The notes beneath the pieces are model-generated. The model saw nothing but the letters and a program-made list of their open reading frames with translations, searched no databases and was not told where the DNA came from. Position numbers and translations under genes: made by a program. From Saprolegnia diclina VS20 (Eukaryota): a stretch of 20,000 nucleotides of DNA. Below, piece after piece: positions 18,116 through 20,000 of this stretch (position 1 is its first letter; each line of letters begins with the position of its first letter). The stretch covers positions 202,902-222,901 of the forward strand of contig NW_008246068.1 in assembly GCF_000281045.1 (NCBI RefSeq), read 5' to 3'.

Positions 18116-18982
18116 ATGGACATTGCCCGCCTCTTGAGCCCGCAAGACGAGTTCGATGCGCTCGACTACGACCAAGTCGTCGACATGCGCAAGGCGAGGC
18201 TCGAAGCGCCGTCGTCGCCGACGCTGCGCGTGGGCGCGTGGTCGTTTGCCGAAGAAGCGTACACGATGGCGCTGATTGAAGCGTTTCTCATGGGCCTCTT
18301 GCCCGAGCTCCATGCGGGCACGCCACTGCGGTCGTTCCTCGCCTCCAAGCTCGAGTGCGTGCCCATGCGCGTCTCCAAGAAGCTCGCCTTGGACCACCTC
18401 GCGGGCCGGCCGCTCCTGAAAAAACTGGGCCAGAAACGGTACTTGCCGACCGACAGCGTCGCGCCGTCGGTCCAGAAGGCAACGCGCCAGCAGCTCACGC
18501 ACCTCCAGAATGCTTTTTTGTGCGCAAAAGAAAAAGACATTCTGTACATCCGCGGCCTCGACACCACGACCATCGATCCCGCCGCCAAGGTGCCGCTCGG
18601 TCGGCCGCCGTCGGCGGCCTTCTCCACCGTGAATGCGCTCGGCCACCGCACCGGCTACTGGCTCCGGGAAGAGCAATTGTACGCACACAAGCTCATCGAC
18701 TGCTTCTTAAAAGGGGTCCTCGACCTCCCGAAAGGTATCACACTGCGGTCGTTTCTCGCCGACCGCCTCTCGTGCAGCCCGATGCGTATTTCCAAGAAGC
18801 TCGCGACCGGCAGCTTGATGGGCCGCGCGATTCCGCGCAAGATCGGCACGGCCGTGTACGTGCCCAAGTTTGACGCGTCGGACGCGTTTCAAACGCTCGT
18901 GCAGCAGGCGCAGCTCGACCTGAATCGCCTGCGCAAGGCGTGCTTGGACAGCCGCGCCGCGCTCGCCCAGCGCGAGGACTGA
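18116..18982 (+). CDS. Tandem Myb/SANT-like 'CxPMRxSKK' domain protein, paralogue 5 (288 aa)
   Basis: Starts MDIARLLSP. Repeats are RVGAWSFAEEAYTMALIEAFLMG...GTPLRSFLASKLECVPMRVSKK and RTGYWLREEQLYAHKLIDCFLKG...GITLRSFLADRLSCSPMRISKK. Intronless. INR-like GCTCAGTT at about 18090. Confidence 0.92.
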   Translation: MDIARLLSPQDEFDALDYDQVVDMRKARLEAPSSPTLRVGAWSFAEEAYTMALIEAFLMGLLPELHAGTPLRSFLASKLECVPMRVSKKLALDHLAGRPLLKKLGQKRYLPTDSVAPSVQKATRQQLTHLQNAFLCAKEKDILYIRGLDTTTIDPAAKVPLGRPPSAAFSTVNALGHRTGYWLREEQLYAHKLIDCFLKGVLDLPKGITLRSFLADRLSCSPMRISKKLATGSLMGRAIPRKIGTAVYVPKFDASDAFQTLVQQAQLDLNRLRKACLDSRAALAQRED

Positions 18983-20000
18983 GCCTTTCATGCCTCTTCG
19001 TGTCTTTGTGTTGTCGATCTAATCCGAGTAGTAAACCCTCGTGTCGTGTGTATGATGTGCTGGGATGCGTGTCCACGCTTGCTTACATCGAGACGATCCA
19101 GAGCTGGGCGTCGAGGTAGTGACTCAAAGAATGTCAGCTGAATCGCTGAGCTTCGGCGTGACGCACGTTTACGGTGCGCGATGATAGCTGCTGATGCAGC
19201 TGCTGAAGGGCATTTTCGAGGATAATTTCTTATTCAGTTCTTGGACACTATGGCTAAGATCTAAGTCGCCTCCGACAGAGCCGTCCGTACTCGATGTGTG
19301 CTGCACGTCAATAGCTAAGAGTACTTGAACGTACAGGAAGTTGTCGACCGAGAGAGGAGTGCGGCTTGTACGCGTGTACGCTGACGAGGCAGAACCGTTG
19401 TTATTGAAGGGAGTCTATACGAGGCAGAACAGTCGTCGCTCATAATTCTATGTTGGCGGCTGTTCCATGGACATGCTAATGGGCCGCGACCGCCGTTGTG
19501 CTCGCGGTCAAGGCAGCAATAGTATCAGTACACGCTTGCACGCCCGGTACTAGGCGGTTGCAGCATCGCTCATCGCGCGAGGTCCCTTGGTACATTTATG
19601 CGCACCCCACAAGTCCGGAAACGCTCTTCGCTTGTCGTCGCGAGCTCCGTAGCATGTCCTCTATACCTCTATATTTATAATTGCATCTCGATAAGCAAGA
19701 AAATGTACCGCGAGTTGCTGCGTCAACCCATGCAGGCCTTTGGAAGACGATGAGAGGCGCATCTTGTCCAAGAGCCCGCCGAGAGTGCCTTAGCTCACAA
19801 CCTGCGACGGGAACAGGACTCGCGAAGCAACAGCGTACTAGTACCTGTCCAAGTTCCAAGTTTGCACCCGACGGCGACTGTAGTCCCTCGGAGGAAGCGT
19901 GTGCTGACGATGGTCGACATGAAGAGCACTTGCCGCTGATGGATGACCGCATCAAGTTCGAGTGCATAGCATCGCTTTGAGCTGCGGCATCATTTCGCTA

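Noticed and set aside
4757..18982. Interpretation of the paralogues as transposon HTH proteins or RxLR/CRN effectors
   Set aside because: No DDE domain, TIRs, signal peptide, RxLR-dEER or LxLFLAK-HVLV architecture. The LRLFLAD in paralogue 4 is internal and part of the repeat's second helix.
19000..20000. Short ORFs near the right edge
   Set aside because: No supportable gene model or homology from the sequence alone.

Overview
Eukaryotic, GC-rich DNA with very short GT-AG introns (44-59 nt) and oomycete-type INR/FPR and CCAAT promoter elements. It is most consistent with an oomycete of the Saprolegniales (Saprolegnia/Achlya-like; inferred, not proven). From left to right: a partial secreted Pro/Thr/Ser-rich mucin-like gene; a probable N-myristoylated protein resembling the IQANK1 C-terminal/dynein AAA5-like domain; a 5-exon hypothetical gene; a PH-domain gene; a head-to-head pair of intron-rich PlsC-family (LCLAT1/AGPAT-like) acyltransferases; and five intronless paralogues. 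Each paralogue has two tandem copies of a Myb/SANT-like 'RxGxW..EE.Y...LI..F..G.....GT.LR.FLA..L.C.PMR(I/V)SKKL' domain, and four start with an 'M(D/E)(I/L)xRLL' motif. This paralogue cluster, a probable uncharacterised family of HTH transcription regulators, is the main finding. The acyltransferase pair shows an apparent gene-conversion tract, and one copy has compensating frameshifts. All gene models were derived by hand, and family assignments are from motif recognition without database searches.
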